From an uncultured Candidatus Saccharibacteria bacterium (GTDB taxonomy: Bacteria; Patescibacteriota; Saccharimonadia; CAILAD01; BJGX01), in NCBI GenBank assembly GCA_964610335.1, contig CAZSVP010000001.1, positions 351,442-415,441 of the forward strand: DNA of 64,000 bases, read 5' to 3'. This document shows positions 29,493-40,132 of this stretch, one piece after another. The notes under the pieces were generated by a model. The model searched no databases. It worked only from the letters and a program-made list of their open reading frames with translations, and was not told where the DNA came from. Numbering within the stretch: the first letter of the stretch is position 1; each line of letters starts with the position of its first letter. The position numbers were made by a program, and so were the translations under genes.

Positions 29493-30476
29493 ATGAATAA
29501 TACTCACGACAATCTGGTCAAAGTGGCCAGCCAAGAGTTGGACAAAGCAAAAAATCGCAACGAGTTGCTAAACTTGAAGAGCAAGTATATAGGAGCTGAT
29601 AGTGCTGTAGCGCAGGCTGTCAGGAATCTGGCCAAAGCGGAGCCTAGTGAGCGCGCACAGCTTGGCAAAGCACTAAATAATGTCAAAAAACAACTGGAAG
29701 AGATGTTTAAAAAAAGACTGGCTGAGTTGGAACTCAAAACTAGTTTCAGCAGCATTGATGTTAGCGCACCAGGCAGAATAGTAGGCCATACCAAAGCTAG
29801 CTTACACCCAACAACCCAGATGTTAGATGAGACATACCAAGTTTTTACAGAACTGGGGTTTGCAATAGTGGACAGTAATGAGATTGAAACTGATTGGTAT
29901 AACTTTGAAGCACTAAACCTACCACCTGAACACCCAGCTCGAGATATGCAAGATACATTCTACATAGACACTGGCAAGCTAGATATGTTGCCGCGAACTC
30001 ATACTTCAGGTATGCAAGTACGATTTATGGAGAATAACGAACCGCCGTTTAAGATTATTGTACCAGGAAAAGTATTTCGCAACGAAGACGAGGATGCCAC
30101 TCATTCGTGGGAATTTTATCAGGTTGAGGGCTTAGTGGTGGGTGAGGACGTAAGTATGTCTGATCTAAAAGGAACTTTGCGAAGGGTAATGCAACGCCTA
30201 CTTGGAGATGATGCCAAAATACGTTTTAGAGCCAATTACTTCCCATACACTGAACCTTCGGTGGAGTTTGATGGCTGGCATAATGGAAAGTGGTTGGAAC
30301 TAGGAGGAGCTGGCATGGTACACCCGCAAGTATTGCGAAATGGGGGAATAGACCCAGATAAGTATAGGGGTTTTGCTTTTGGGTGGGGGCCAGAGAGATT
30401 TGCAGCAATCAAGTTTGGTTTAACCGATATCCGTCAATTGTGGCGGCCAAATCTGCGTTACTTAAGCCAATTTTAA
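29493..30476 (+). CDS. pheS: Phenylalanine--tRNA ligase alpha subunit
   Basis: HPARDMQDTFY, RTHTS, GKVFR, FPYTEPS, GAGMVHP, GFAFGWG. Confidence 0.98.
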   Translation: MNNTHDNLVKVASQELDKAKNRNELLNLKSKYIGADSAVAQAVRNLAKAEPSERAQLGKALNNVKKQLEEMFKKRLAELELKTSFSSIDVSAPGRIVGHTKASLHPTTQMLDETYQVFTELGFAIVDSNEIETDWYNFEALNLPPEHPARDMQDTFYIDTGKLDMLPRTHTSGMQVRFMENNEPPFKIIVPGKVFRNEDEDATHSWEFYQVEGLVVGEDVSMSDLKGTLRRVMQRLLGDDAKIRFRANYFPYTEPSVEFDGWHNGKWLELGGAGMVHPQVLRNGGIDPDKYRGFAFGWGPERFAAIKFGLTDIRQLWRPNLRYLSQF

Positions 30477-30488
30477 CCTGGAACTATT

Positions 30489-33224
30489 ATGAAAGTAAGT
30501 ATTCAATCGCTCAATCAATATCTTAAGCCAAAGCTTAGTACAACAGAGATAACTGTAGCCATAGAGCGAACAGAAATCGAACTAGAGGAGGTCATAACAG
30601 GTCCAACATGGGATAAGTCAATTGTTGTAGCTCGTGTACTTGAAGTACTCCCACACCCCAATGCTGATCGACTCAAATTGGTACTGGTAAGTGATGGTAA
30701 GAAAACATACACTGTTGTGTGCGGAGCTCCAAATGTAAAAGCTGAAATGACGGTGGCTTTGGCACAGCTAGGATCTGTTATGCCAGATGGAACAAATATA
30801 GAAGCAGCTACTATTCGTGGCGAGAAAAGTAACGGTATGCTTTGTTCGGCAGCTGAGTTAGGTATTAGCGATGGCCATAGTGGAATTATGGAGCTTTCCC
30901 CTGACCTACTCTTAGGACAATCATTGTGCGACATAGAGAATTTTGGCGATATCTTAGACATTAAGACCCACCCAAATCGTTGGGACACTATGTCTTTGGT
31001 CGGTTTGGCGCGGGAAATTGCTGCCAATGCATCTAAACCTGTAAAACTGTTAGAGCCAAAATTACAGCAGGTGAGTTATAGTGACAAGGGGAAGGTTAAA
31101 TTAACAAGCACCGCAGAGTGCAGTCATTTTGTGAGTGCGAAGCTGAGTGTCGATAATTCTGGGAAAAGCCCGCAATGGCTTGTGGATAACTTGGAATCCA
31201 ATGGGCTACGTAGTATTAATCCAGTTGTAGATATATCAAACTACGTAATGCTTGAATATGGTCAGCCAAGCCACAGTTATGATGCCGCAAAACTCAATGG
31301 CCAACTATGTGTACGTAGGGCCAAAAAAGCTGAATCACTTCCCTGCTTGGATGGAAAAACTAGGCAGCTTACTGAAGACGACATAGTGATAGCTGATAAT
31401 GCGTCGGTAGTGGGTATTGCAGGTGTAATGGGAGGTGCAACAACCGAAACAAAACCGAACACTAGCGAAATTGTTATGGAGGTAGCGGTATTTGATAAAA
31501 CACTGGTGCGCAAGACAGCACAACGTCATGGTATTCGTACTGAAGCAAGTGCACGATTTGAGCGAGGTTTACCACTCCCCTTGCAGACGCTAGCTTTCGA
31601 GCGCTTAGTTTATTTGTTGCAAGAAATATGCGCAGCCAAATTTGTCGATGGGCCATTTGACCAATTGTATGCTTGGCCATGGATACAATATGTCGGCTTG
31701 AGACTGAGATATGCTGAGAGTGTGTTGGGTATGGATCTTGATGAGAAGATCGTGATCGATGGTTTGCGAAGGCGTGGATTTGAGGTCGAACACTTTTCAC
31801 TCAGTAGTGAAGCTAAGGAGCATATAGGTAAGCCGTACAAGTATGGCGCTAGTTTTCGGATTGATGGTGAGGCTGCATTTGACTGTTCGTATTTGACGGA
31901 ACGCATATATTGCAAGATAGGGATACAGATCGGGCATACGGCTGCGCAACAGTACAAGAACGGGTCAGAAATCGATGATTCAAATCTAAAACCTGGTGAT
32001 TTATTGTTTGTGAAGGGTGGTATTAAAGACACCAAGCTTGCCAAAGCTCGCAACAATATTGGGCATGTTGGCATGTATATGGGCGGCAACAAAGTTCTTG
32101 AAGCAAAACAATCAGTTGGAAAGGTGGCCTTCACTACCCTTTCTGAGTTTCAGAAGCGAAAAGGCTACATAGGTGCACGACGGTTTGTTCCCAGCTTTAA
32201 TCATATCCTTGCTGTGGTGGTGCCATGGTGGCGCGCAGATATAGTGCTTGAAGAAGATCTAATAGAAGAGGCTGCCAAAATTGTAGGTTACGATAGTATG
32301 CCCGACACACTATCACTGTTGCCACCCACACCCACTGGCGATCATCAACAACTTCTGCGACTACTAGAGCTAAAGAAACAGTTGGTAGCAATCGGAGCCC
32401 AGGAAGTTGCTACTTACTCATTTGTGAGCGTTGATGCACTGAAACTGGTTGGTGGAGATGTGGTGAATGCTATAGAAATTGTCAATCCACTGCAAAAAGA
32501 GCAGGCGCTAATAAGGACAGAAACCCTACCAAGCCATTTGCAGGTGGTGCGCAATAACCAAAGTGATATGGACCAAAGCATCTTTTTTGAGATTACCAAA
32601 CTTCAAACTTGGTCCAAAAAACCTTCAATTGTAGACGAACAGTGGTACTTGGCTATAACCGCTATGGGTGAACAAAGCTATGCTCAGGTGAAGGCAGTGG
32701 TAGATTCGTTGGAATCATTTTGGGGGATGGAGTTTCTGGTAAGCCGTTGTAGCATACCTACACTGATTGAGGGTCGGCAGGCTAGTTTGGGCGTAGATGG
32801 CAAACCAGTAGGGACTATTGGGCAGATCCACCCCACTGTGCTCACGGAATTTGGTATCAAAAGAGAAGTATCACATGCGCAGGTATGCCTGAGTAAGATG
32901 CTTGAGACTGAGATATTGAAAACAGTGCAACCACTTCCCTCTTATCCTTTGATTGTGCGATCATTGACTGTTGAATGCAATGAAGCTTGTTTGTGGCAGC
33001 CAATCCAAAAATCCTTACAAAAGCATGATTTTGTTGTTTCGGCTGAGTATGTTGGCGAATACCAAGACGAACAACTAGCCAAACAATCAACCAAGCGTAT
33101 CAGCATGAAGCTATTGATGGACTTGGGTGACAAGGCAGAACAAGTTGCTATAGACCAAGCACTGTCCAAAGCAATTGATGGATTGCGTAAGCTCACTGGT
33201 ATGTCTGATTTGAAAATTTGCTAG
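30489..33224 (+). CDS. pheT: Phenylalanine--tRNA ligase beta subunit with an inserted NlpC/P60 domain
   Basis: HPNADRL, VCGAPN, PNRWD, INPVVDISNYVMLEYGQP, RFERG, VPWWRADI..EEDLIEE; insert at about aa 441-567. Confidence 0.95.
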   Translation: MKVSIQSLNQYLKPKLSTTEITVAIERTEIELEEVITGPTWDKSIVVARVLEVLPHPNADRLKLVLVSDGKKTYTVVCGAPNVKAEMTVALAQLGSVMPDGTNIEAATIRGEKSNGMLCSAAELGISDGHSGIMELSPDLLLGQSLCDIENFGDILDIKTHPNRWDTMSLVGLAREIAANASKPVKLLEPKLQQVSYSDKGKVKLTSTAECSHFVSAKLSVDNSGKSPQWLVDNLESNGLRSINPVVDISNYVMLEYGQPSHSYDAAKLNGQLCVRRAKKAESLPCLDGKTRQLTEDDIVIADNASVVGIAGVMGGATTETKPNTSEIVMEVAVFDKTLVRKTAQRHGIRTEASARFERGLPLPLQTLAFERLVYLLQEICAAKFVDGPFDQLYAWPWIQYVGLRLRYAESVLGMDLDEKIVIDGLRRRGFEVEHFSLSSEAKEHIGKPYKYGASFRIDGEAAFDCSYLTERIYCKIGIQIGHTAAQQYKNGSEIDDSNLKPGDLLFVKGGIKDTKLAKARNNIGHVGMYMGGNKVLEAKQSVGKVAFTTLSEFQKRKGYIGARRFVPSFNHILAVVVPWWRADIVLEEDLIEEAAKIVGYDSMPDTLSLLPPTPTGDHQQLLRLLELKKQLVAIGAQEVATYSFVSVDALKLVGGDVVNAIEIVNPLQKEQALIRTETLPSHLQVVRNNQSDMDQSIFFEITKLQTWSKKPSIVDEQWYLAITAMGEQSYAQVKAVVDSLESFWGMEFLVSRCSIPTLIEGRQASLGVDGKPVGTIGQIHPTVLTEFGIKREVSHAQVCLSKMLETEILKTVQPLPSYPLIVRSLTVECNEACLWQPIQKSLQKHDFVVSAEYVGEYQDEQLAKQSTKRISMKLLMDLGDKAEQVAIDQALSKAIDGLRKLTGMSDLKIC

Positions 33225-33261
33225 CATAGCTTAAGCCCAAGCAGTATAATAAGTTTATCTT

Positions 33262-34749
33262 ATGACGGAGTCGACTAAATATAAACATTTTTTGAGTTTG
33301 CCCAAAGGACTGAGTAAATCTGGCCAAAAACCAAATGCTTATGCCCGTATTGGGTTTGTGTTGGTTGGTATAGTTTTGGCTGTGTTAAGCCTAAATACTT
33401 TGGTTGCAGCAGTGACAGAGGGGGTGATATATCCGGGGGTTAGTGTGGCCGGCACCGACCTGAGCTTCAAAACTCGAGCTCAGGCATTGGAAATCCTACG
33501 TCAGAAGAGTGGTAGTCGCAGTGTAACCGTCAAGATCGGACAAGACAAAAGTATCACGGCCGGCAATAATGATTTTGGGGCAAGTTACGACCCTATTGAG
33601 ACGGTAGAGGTTGCCTATAGCGTTGGTCGAAACAGCCCTATAGCGTTACTAGGAATGTTGGATGCTCAGAAGAGAGGCACTCTAGGATTGGCATACCGCT
33701 TTGATCAAGCTCAACTTAAGAAGTTTGCTGCTGAGGCGGTAGGTAGCAATGGCAAAGATCCGGTCAATGCGACCATTGCAATTACTGATGGGGTGGCGGC
33801 AGTAGTTGATGATCAGCCAGGCGTACAGCTCGACCCCAATAAGTTGGCAGCGGTTCTTACTCAGGCAATGAGTGATGGTCAAGATACTGTGGTAAGCATT
33901 GAGCCAAGCCCTGTAGCTGCCCCTATCCAGAGGCAACAGGCGGCAGCAGTGTTAGGTAAAGTCGAAGACTTACTGAATCGTTCTATAACACTCAATTATC
34001 AAGGCAAGGTGTTTAGCCCAAGTAAAGTCGATATTGGGCACTGGCTGATATTTCAACCAGTTGTGGACGGAGGAAACAAAGAGTTACGTGTAGAGATTTC
34101 TCGAGCCCAGATACAAGGCTATCTACAATCAGTTGCCAATCAGGTAGATGTAGCTCCCACGAATCGCAAAGTGACAGTACTTAACGGTCAAGAGTCTGAA
34201 ACTCAGCCCGGCAAGGACGGCTCGGCAATCAATCAGCAATCAGCCACTGATGCTATTTATACCGCTATGTCAAACAATCAAAACACCACAGTTGCCTTGA
34301 CGAGTGGCCCAATTCCATTCAAAACTGAGTACAAACGTGTTGGTGGTGCAATCGGTGGCTTGGACGCGGCACAGTATATCGAGATCAACTTGAGCACGCA
34401 GCAGCTGTTTGCATGGCAAAATGGGCAAGTCGTGTTTACGTCTCCTGTGGTGACTGGCAAAGACTCTGCGCCCACGGTCACCGGTGTGTTTGCTATCTAT
34501 GCCAAAGAGCGCAATCGCTATCTCAATGGTGCTCCATATGGGTATGATTACAATGTATTTGTAAGCTATTGGATGCCGTTCGTGGGAGGCTATGGCTTAC
34601 ATGATGCTACCTGGCGACCACCTTCTTGGTTTGGCACACAGGCATTTCACTACAATGGGAGCCATGGCTGTGTAAATATGCTGACTGGTGCTGCGGCATT
34701 CATATGGAGTTGGGCTCCGGTTGGCACACCAGTATGGGTTCATAACTAG
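33262..34749 (+). CDS. L,D-transpeptidase (YkuD) with putative peptidoglycan-binding domains
   Basis: N-terminal TM helix; IEINLSTQQL, VVTG, GLHDA, GSHGCVN. Confidence 0.9.
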   Translation: MTESTKYKHFLSLPKGLSKSGQKPNAYARIGFVLVGIVLAVLSLNTLVAAVTEGVIYPGVSVAGTDLSFKTRAQALEILRQKSGSRSVTVKIGQDKSITAGNNDFGASYDPIETVEVAYSVGRNSPIALLGMLDAQKRGTLGLAYRFDQAQLKKFAAEAVGSNGKDPVNATIAITDGVAAVVDDQPGVQLDPNKLAAVLTQAMSDGQDTVVSIEPSPVAAPIQRQQAAAVLGKVEDLLNRSITLNYQGKVFSPSKVDIGHWLIFQPVVDGGNKELRVEISRAQIQGYLQSVANQVDVAPTNRKVTVLNGQESETQPGKDGSAINQQSATDAIYTAMSNNQNTTVALTSGPIPFKTEYKRVGGAIGGLDAAQYIEINLSTQQLFAWQNGQVVFTSPVVTGKDSAPTVTGVFAIYAKERNRYLNGAPYGYDYNVFVSYWMPFVGGYGLHDATWRPPSWFGTQAFHYNGSHGCVNMLTGAAAFIWSWAPVGTPVWVHN

Positions 34750-34800
34750 ATTTTTACGCATTCAGCATAACTGGTATAATAGTAGATTAGGAGTATTCAG

Positions 34801-35238
34801 ATGCCCCCAGTAACGCCTGCTGAAAAAAAACCAAATCAACCACCTGTAGAAAGGCAGCCAGCAGCGCTTCCTACTGAACAGTTGCCCAAAACAGAGCAGC
34901 AGCCTTCTGGTGCAGAACAGGCACCAGCTGCCGCCGAGCAACCGCAGAGCGCACCGGCTGCACCAGTCCAACAGCCTGCCCAGATAGCACAGCCAGTCCA
35001 ACAGCCTGTGTCGCTGCAAACACCGCCGGACGATCCAGTGGCTGCTGTGATTCAACAAAAGACCGCCAATCTTACTGCCGATGATGTCGACTTGATTGAG
35101 AAAGAATGGGTTGATGTAGTTGATGATACCATTGAGAAAACCAAGGACGATCCAGAAATTGAAGAACGTGCTCAACAGGAGCTCAACAAGGCATACCTCA
35201 AAAAGCGCTTTAATCTAGATGTGGACTCAAGTGAATGA
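34801..35238 (+). CDS. Hypothetical protein with a Pro/Gln-rich N-terminus
   Basis: GGAG RBS; ADDVDLIEKEWV...DP...YLKKRF C-terminal domain. Confidence 0.75.
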   Translation: MPPVTPAEKKPNQPPVERQPAALPTEQLPKTEQQPSGAEQAPAAAEQPQSAPAAPVQQPAQIAQPVQQPVSLQTPPDDPVAAVIQQKTANLTADDVDLIEKEWVDVVDDTIEKTKDDPEIEERAQQELNKAYLKKRFNLDVDSSE

Positions 35239-37739
35239 ATGATTTTGTGATATTTATGAGCATATTGTTCGCGTTGTTCGTGATAGCAGTTATATTTGTG
35301 GCGTTTTTTATATATCGCAAGATAGTGCGACGCAGTAAGCAGGTTGAGCGCTCACTCAAATTCGTACCGCTTCTTATCAAACTACCCCCGCAAGAAGTCA
35401 ATGAAGCCCAGAATCGTGATGAACGCGAGATGATGAAAGAAAATATTTCCAAGGCTGAGCAAGTTTTCAATTTGCTATCTGGAATAGTAAGTGAGAAAGC
35501 TGAGGTTTACGGTCGTCGCTACATTAGTTTTGAAATTATCGCTGAGGCTAAGAGGATATATTTCTATGTCTCTGTGCCGGCTAGTCTGATTTCAACTGTA
35601 TCGAAGGCTTTGGCTGCCGGTTATCCAGGTGTCCAAGTGATCCGTAAGGAAGAAATCAACTTATTTTCACAGGTTAGCAAGATTGCTGGTGTAGCAGGTG
35701 GTGAGCTCAAGCTGGCCAAAGATAGCATCATGCCGATCAATACTTACAAAAACGCCGAACGTGACGCGATGTCTGGTATGTTGGCGGGTTTGTCGAACCT
35801 TTCTGAGGGTGATGCTGCAGCTATTCAGATGTTGGTCCGTCCTGCCCCCTATCGCTGGGTAAAACGAGCCCACAGGCGTGCCAAATACTACTATACAAAC
35901 AAGAAGACTGGCTTTGCCCCCAAGGCCATGGACTTTGCTGGCGAAGCAATTCGCTCACCGCTTGGTACCAAAGATACTGAACAGAAAGATTACGTACCAA
36001 ACGAGCTAGACAAGAAGAAGGCTGAACTAGTAGAAGAGAAGGTAAAAGTACCTGCTTTTGAAACCACCATACGACTAGTTGCGAGTTCAGACGACCCATC
36101 ACGATCCAAACTAATTTTGCAAGATATGCTGCTGGGGTTTGCTCAGCTAGCCCAAAACGATGCCAACCGGTTTAAATTTGTCAAAGCTGATTCACCACAG
36201 GAGCTTGCGACCAACTTTATTTTTCGGTTTTTCAAGGAGAATACCTTCTTTGCTCATCAGATGATACTTAACTCCACTGAGTTGGCAACAATATTTCATC
36301 TACCAAGCGAACTACTCGACTTGGCTACGCCGATTGAGCGCAAGGGTAGCAAGGAGGTTCCTGCACCGACTGGGATGCCAGCTGCTGGGCTGTTGTTGGG
36401 AACCAATGTCTATCGGGCTACCCAAACGCCTATATATTTGAGTGAAAACGACCGTCGACGACACCTGTACTTCATTGGTCAAACTGGTACAGGTAAATCA
36501 ACCTTCTTGGAGAACTTGATGCTGCAAGATGCCATAGCCGGTCGAGGCTTTGCATTTATCGACCCGCATGGCGACACTGCTGAAAAGATGCTTGGCATGA
36601 TACCACCCGAACGTGCCGAGGATGTAATTTACTTTAGTCCAGGTGACACCGAGGTACCGCTTGGGTTCAATATGATGGAATACGACCCAGATAAGCCAGA
36701 GCAAAAAGACTTCTTGATCCAAGAAGCTATTCAGATGCTTTACAAACTCTATGATCCTCAGCATCAGGGTATCATCGGTCCACGCTATGAACACTGGTTT
36801 CGTAACGCTGCATTGACTGTTATGGCTGATCCCGAGGGTGGTACTTTTATAGAAATACCCAAGGTGTTTACTGACGATGAATATCTCAAGAAGAAGTTCC
36901 GATTTGTGACAGACCCAACCGTCCAAGACTTTTGGACTGGCGAGATGGCACAGACCGATGCCCATAGCAAGAGTGAGATGCTTGGCTGGTTTGTGAGTAA
37001 GTTTGGTGCTTTTGCCAACAACGAGATTATGCGTAACATCATTGGTCAGAAGCACTCGGCATTTAAGTTTCGCGATGTGATGGATAGTAACAAGATCTTG
37101 CTTGTGAACCTCAGTAAGGGTTTGCTTGGTGATCTCAATGCCAAGTTGCTTGGTATGATCATGGTGATTAAGTTCCAGATGGCAGCTATGAGCCGAGCTG
37201 ATACGCCAGAAGAAGAGCGACCAGATTTCAGTGTATATGTCGATGAGTTTCAAAACTTCAGTACTGATAGCTTTGCTACTATTCTTTCTGAGGCCCGCAA
37301 ATACCATCTCAACTTGATTGTTGCCAATCAGTTTATCTCTCAGCTCGACGAACAAGTAAGAGATGCCGTGTTTGGCAATGTTGGCTCTCTAATATCATTT
37401 AGAGTTGGTGCCGACGATGCTGAGTATATGGAGAAGCAATTCCAGCCCCAGTTTGATAAACACGATCTCATAAATATACCCAACTTCAAGGTTGTGTCTA
37501 AGATCATGGCCAACAATGTACCGACCACACCGTTCTCGATGGACTGTCTACCTGCGATAGGTACACCCAATGCTGAGATTTTGCAGGCTATGAAAGACTT
37601 GTCACGTAGTAAGTATGGGCGTCCTAAGAGCGAGGTAGCGGCTGAGATTATTCATAGTCTCGACTCTGGTAGCTATGGTGATCCTCAGGTGGGTCAAACA
37701 GTTTCTACTGGTATGGGACGAGACAATTCACATAACTAG
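35235..37739 (+). CDS. VirD4/TrwB/HerA-like ATPase (type IV coupling-protein-like)
   Basis: N-terminal TM helix; RHLYFIGQTGTGKS, IDPHGD, VDEFQNF, LSEARKY, ANQFISQL. Confidence 0.85.
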   Translation: MNDFVIFMSILFALFVIAVIFVAFFIYRKIVRRSKQVERSLKFVPLLIKLPPQEVNEAQNRDEREMMKENISKAEQVFNLLSGIVSEKAEVYGRRYISFEIIAEAKRIYFYVSVPASLISTVSKALAAGYPGVQVIRKEEINLFSQVSKIAGVAGGELKLAKDSIMPINTYKNAERDAMSGMLAGLSNLSEGDAAAIQMLVRPAPYRWVKRAHRRAKYYYTNKKTGFAPKAMDFAGEAIRSPLGTKDTEQKDYVPNELDKKKAELVEEKVKVPAFETTIRLVASSDDPSRSKLILQDMLLGFAQLAQNDANRFKFVKADSPQELATNFIFRFFKENTFFAHQMILNSTELATIFHLPSELLDLATPIERKGSKEVPAPTGMPAAGLLLGTNVYRATQTPIYLSENDRRRHLYFIGQTGTGKSTFLENLMLQDAIAGRGFAFIDPHGDTAEKMLGMIPPERAEDVIYFSPGDTEVPLGFNMMEYDPDKPEQKDFLIQEAIQMLYKLYDPQHQGIIGPRYEHWFRNAALTVMADPEGGTFIEIPKVFTDDEYLKKKFRFVTDPTVQDFWTGEMAQTDAHSKSEMLGWFVSKFGAFANNEIMRNIIGQKHSAFKFRDVMDSNKILLVNLSKGLLGDLNAKLLGMIMVIKFQMAAMSRADTPEEERPDFSVYVDEFQNFSTDSFATILSEARKYHLNLIVANQFISQLDEQVRDAVFGNVGSLISFRVGADDAEYMEKQFQPQFDKHDLINIPNFKVVSKIMANNVPTTPFSMDCLPAIGTPNAEILQAMKDLSRSKYGRPKSEVAAEIIHSLDSGSYGDPQVGQTVSTGMGRDNSHN

Positions 37740-37810
37740 AGTAGATGCTACTTGCAACAGAGTAGTGATTCGTACTACAATCGATAGCAAATGATAATGA
37801 GGGTACCAAC

Positions 37811-40132
37811 TTGATAAACTTCCAGGATATTGTAACTTCTGTTTCGACCGGCAAACTTTCGCCAGGTAGAATTGGCTACTATGTAAAACGTCTCGCGGCC
37901 GAGACTGCTACCCGCAGGATAGCCAGCATTTTTATTATCGGTCTTCTGGTATTCCAGATTTTTACATTCTTGGCCCCACCAAAGCCAAGCTTTGCGGCTA
38001 GTCCTGGGTTTGACTTAATATCTGGTGCGCCATTTAGTAAAGATTCTCTTATAAGTGCTGTTTGGGATCAGAACCGTGATGGTATTCAACAGGTCTTCAA
38101 CAGGCTAGGTATTTCAAGGCAGAAGATGGAAGCTGCTGGTGTTGGTCCTTGTGCAGCAGAGGGTGACAATTGGATATCGATGGGGCGCAGCCAAGATGGT
38201 GCTGGTAGCTCAGTCCAGTGGCAAGAGGGTATCTGGGTTGGATCATCTATAAACAGATGGGGTAATGCTTATACAAACGATGGTAACTGTATCCAGGCGC
38301 TGCGTGGGCTAGGAGACAAAGTTTATGTATCCGATGGCGGACCTGGTATACCAGCTGGTTGGTATGAATGGGGCGTATTGCTCGATTGCGGTAATATTGT
38401 GCTTAAACCTACTGAGCCACCTCCTAATCCCAAGAGCTTTAGTTGCCAGTCTGTAAACATATCTGCAACAAGTGTAGTAGTAGGACAACCAGTTGTGGTG
38501 GCAGGTTATGCTCATGGTGAGAACGTCTCACAAGGTGAGAGAGTAGACATGGTATACGGATCATATAGTGGAGGTAATCTGCTCGCTACTCAGTCTTCGG
38601 CTGGCGTAGGCCCCCCAGACGGTAACAACAACTTTATAGATGATAGCGGTAAGTCATTTACTTTTAACGATCCAGGAACTTACGAAATAGCGTTAGTGGT
38701 ATTCTACGATGTCGACGGTACAAAATACTTCGCATCAGGTAGTGGAAATGGCGAATGTAAAAGAACTATTACTGTTACACCTCAGCCTAAGCCGCATACA
38801 CTAGTTTGTGGAGGCTTAGATATGGTAAATAGTGGCGGTAACTTCACTTATCAAGCACCGCATACACCGCTCATCAAAGGTACTGCATTGCAAGAAGGTG
38901 ATTCTGGTCCAGAAGTGTATGCCAAACGATTTCTATACCTGTTGCTCAAGGAAGTGCCAAGTGGAGGGTCTGTGCAACATGGTGGGAAGCAGTACATAGA
39001 GATCAATGCCAACAATCGCATACTGCACTCATATCCAACACAGAATACTCGTGTAGATCCGCTTGCTAGTGCACCCAACCCAGCGGCCTTTGCCGCAACC
39101 CAGTTTGCCCAGAATAGCGCTGGAAGTTTCTTGATCCTGCTGCGAGTATCTTCTGAAAACTCTGGCGACAACAACTTCGCTCCAGACACAAACAGTTGTG
39201 CCGTGCCGTTTGTAGTAACCCCTCAACCCAAGGACATCATGTGTGTTGACTTGACTGCTAGCCCACTCACTGGCGACACAGTACCAGTAGAGGTAACATT
39301 CAATGCCAAAGGTGGTGCACAAAACACTACGATCAAGGAATACCAATTTGACTTCGGTGATGGTAACAAACAAACAGTAACAAGTGGCAAGTTTGCTGAA
39401 ACGCTCAAACACACTTATCAAAGTGGTGGCAAATATACTGCTAAGGTTACAGTTGTGGGCACCGACCCGGGTGTGACATCGAGCAAGCCAAGCTGTACTG
39501 TGCAACTTAAGTTTGAACAACACGTGTTCCGCAAGACAGTCAAGAATCTAACAATTCTTACACAAGATGGTAAACCAACCGATGCCAATGGCGCGACTGC
39601 ACGGCCAGGAGATAAGCTAACCTACACTATAGGCATTGCCAACATAGGAAGTGCTCCTATAAAAGACTATGTGTTTAAGGACGACATATCTGATATATCA
39701 CTTTATGCTGATGTAATAGACAAAGGTGGTGCTGAGCTCTCGGTAGAAGCAACTCACGTGTTACTAACCTGGCCAGCGGTGGATATCCCAGTTACGACCG
39801 ATCCGAACAATCCTACTTATGTTACCAAAAGCTTTACTGTACAGGTAAAAGATCCAGTTCCAACCAATGCACAGAAGCCTACTGACAATAAGAACTATGA
39901 TTGTCAGATGGAAGACCAGTTTGAAGGTAATATAGTGATCACACCAATTAGTGTAAACCCAGCTAAGCGGCTAGAGTGTGTTGTGGCTCCTCTGCCACAG
40001 ACTGGTGCTGCCACTAGCCTAATAGTGATGGGATTGCTTGCTGCCCTATCAGTATTCTTACTACTACGCAATCGACTTATGAAACGCGAACTTGATCTAT
40101 TGGAAACACTAAATGAAGGAGCTAAAAGCTAA
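37811..40132 (+). CDS. Surface protein with PKD-like and DUF11-like domains and an LPxTG sorting signal
   Basis: YQFDFGDG...HTY...G.YTA (PKD); PGDKLTYTI; LPQTG + TM helix + basic tail. Confidence 0.8.
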   Translation: MINFQDIVTSVSTGKLSPGRIGYYVKRLAAETATRRIASIFIIGLLVFQIFTFLAPPKPSFAASPGFDLISGAPFSKDSLISAVWDQNRDGIQQVFNRLGISRQKMEAAGVGPCAAEGDNWISMGRSQDGAGSSVQWQEGIWVGSSINRWGNAYTNDGNCIQALRGLGDKVYVSDGGPGIPAGWYEWGVLLDCGNIVLKPTEPPPNPKSFSCQSVNISATSVVVGQPVVVAGYAHGENVSQGERVDMVYGSYSGGNLLATQSSAGVGPPDGNNNFIDDSGKSFTFNDPGTYEIALVVFYDVDGTKYFASGSGNGECKRTITVTPQPKPHTLVCGGLDMVNSGGNFTYQAPHTPLIKGTALQEGDSGPEVYAKRFLYLLLKEVPSGGSVQHGGKQYIEINANNRILHSYPTQNTRVDPLASAPNPAAFAATQFAQNSAGSFLILLRVSSENSGDNNFAPDTNSCAVPFVVTPQPKDIMCVDLTASPLTGDTVPVEVTFNAKGGAQNTTIKEYQFDFGDGNKQTVTSGKFAETLKHTYQSGGKYTAKVTVVGTDPGVTSSKPSCTVQLKFEQHVFRKTVKNLTILTQDGKPTDANGATARPGDKLTYTIGIANIGSAPIKDYVFKDDISDISLYADVIDKGGAELSVEATHVLLTWPAVDIPVTTDPNNPTYVTKSFTVQVKDPVPTNAQKPTDNKNYDCQMEDQFEGNIVITPISVNPAKRLECVVAPLPQTGAATSLIVMGLLAALSVFLLLRNRLMKRELDLLETLNEGAKS

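Noticed and set aside
31809-32189. Intein in pheT
   Set aside because: No Cys/Ser start with His-Asn end and no LAGLIDADG motifs. The insert matches NlpC/P60 instead.
36498-37355. 285-aa antisense ORF, and similar shadow ORFs inside fibre, pheT and gyr genes
   Set aside because: They lie fully opposite well-supported genes and have no motifs.
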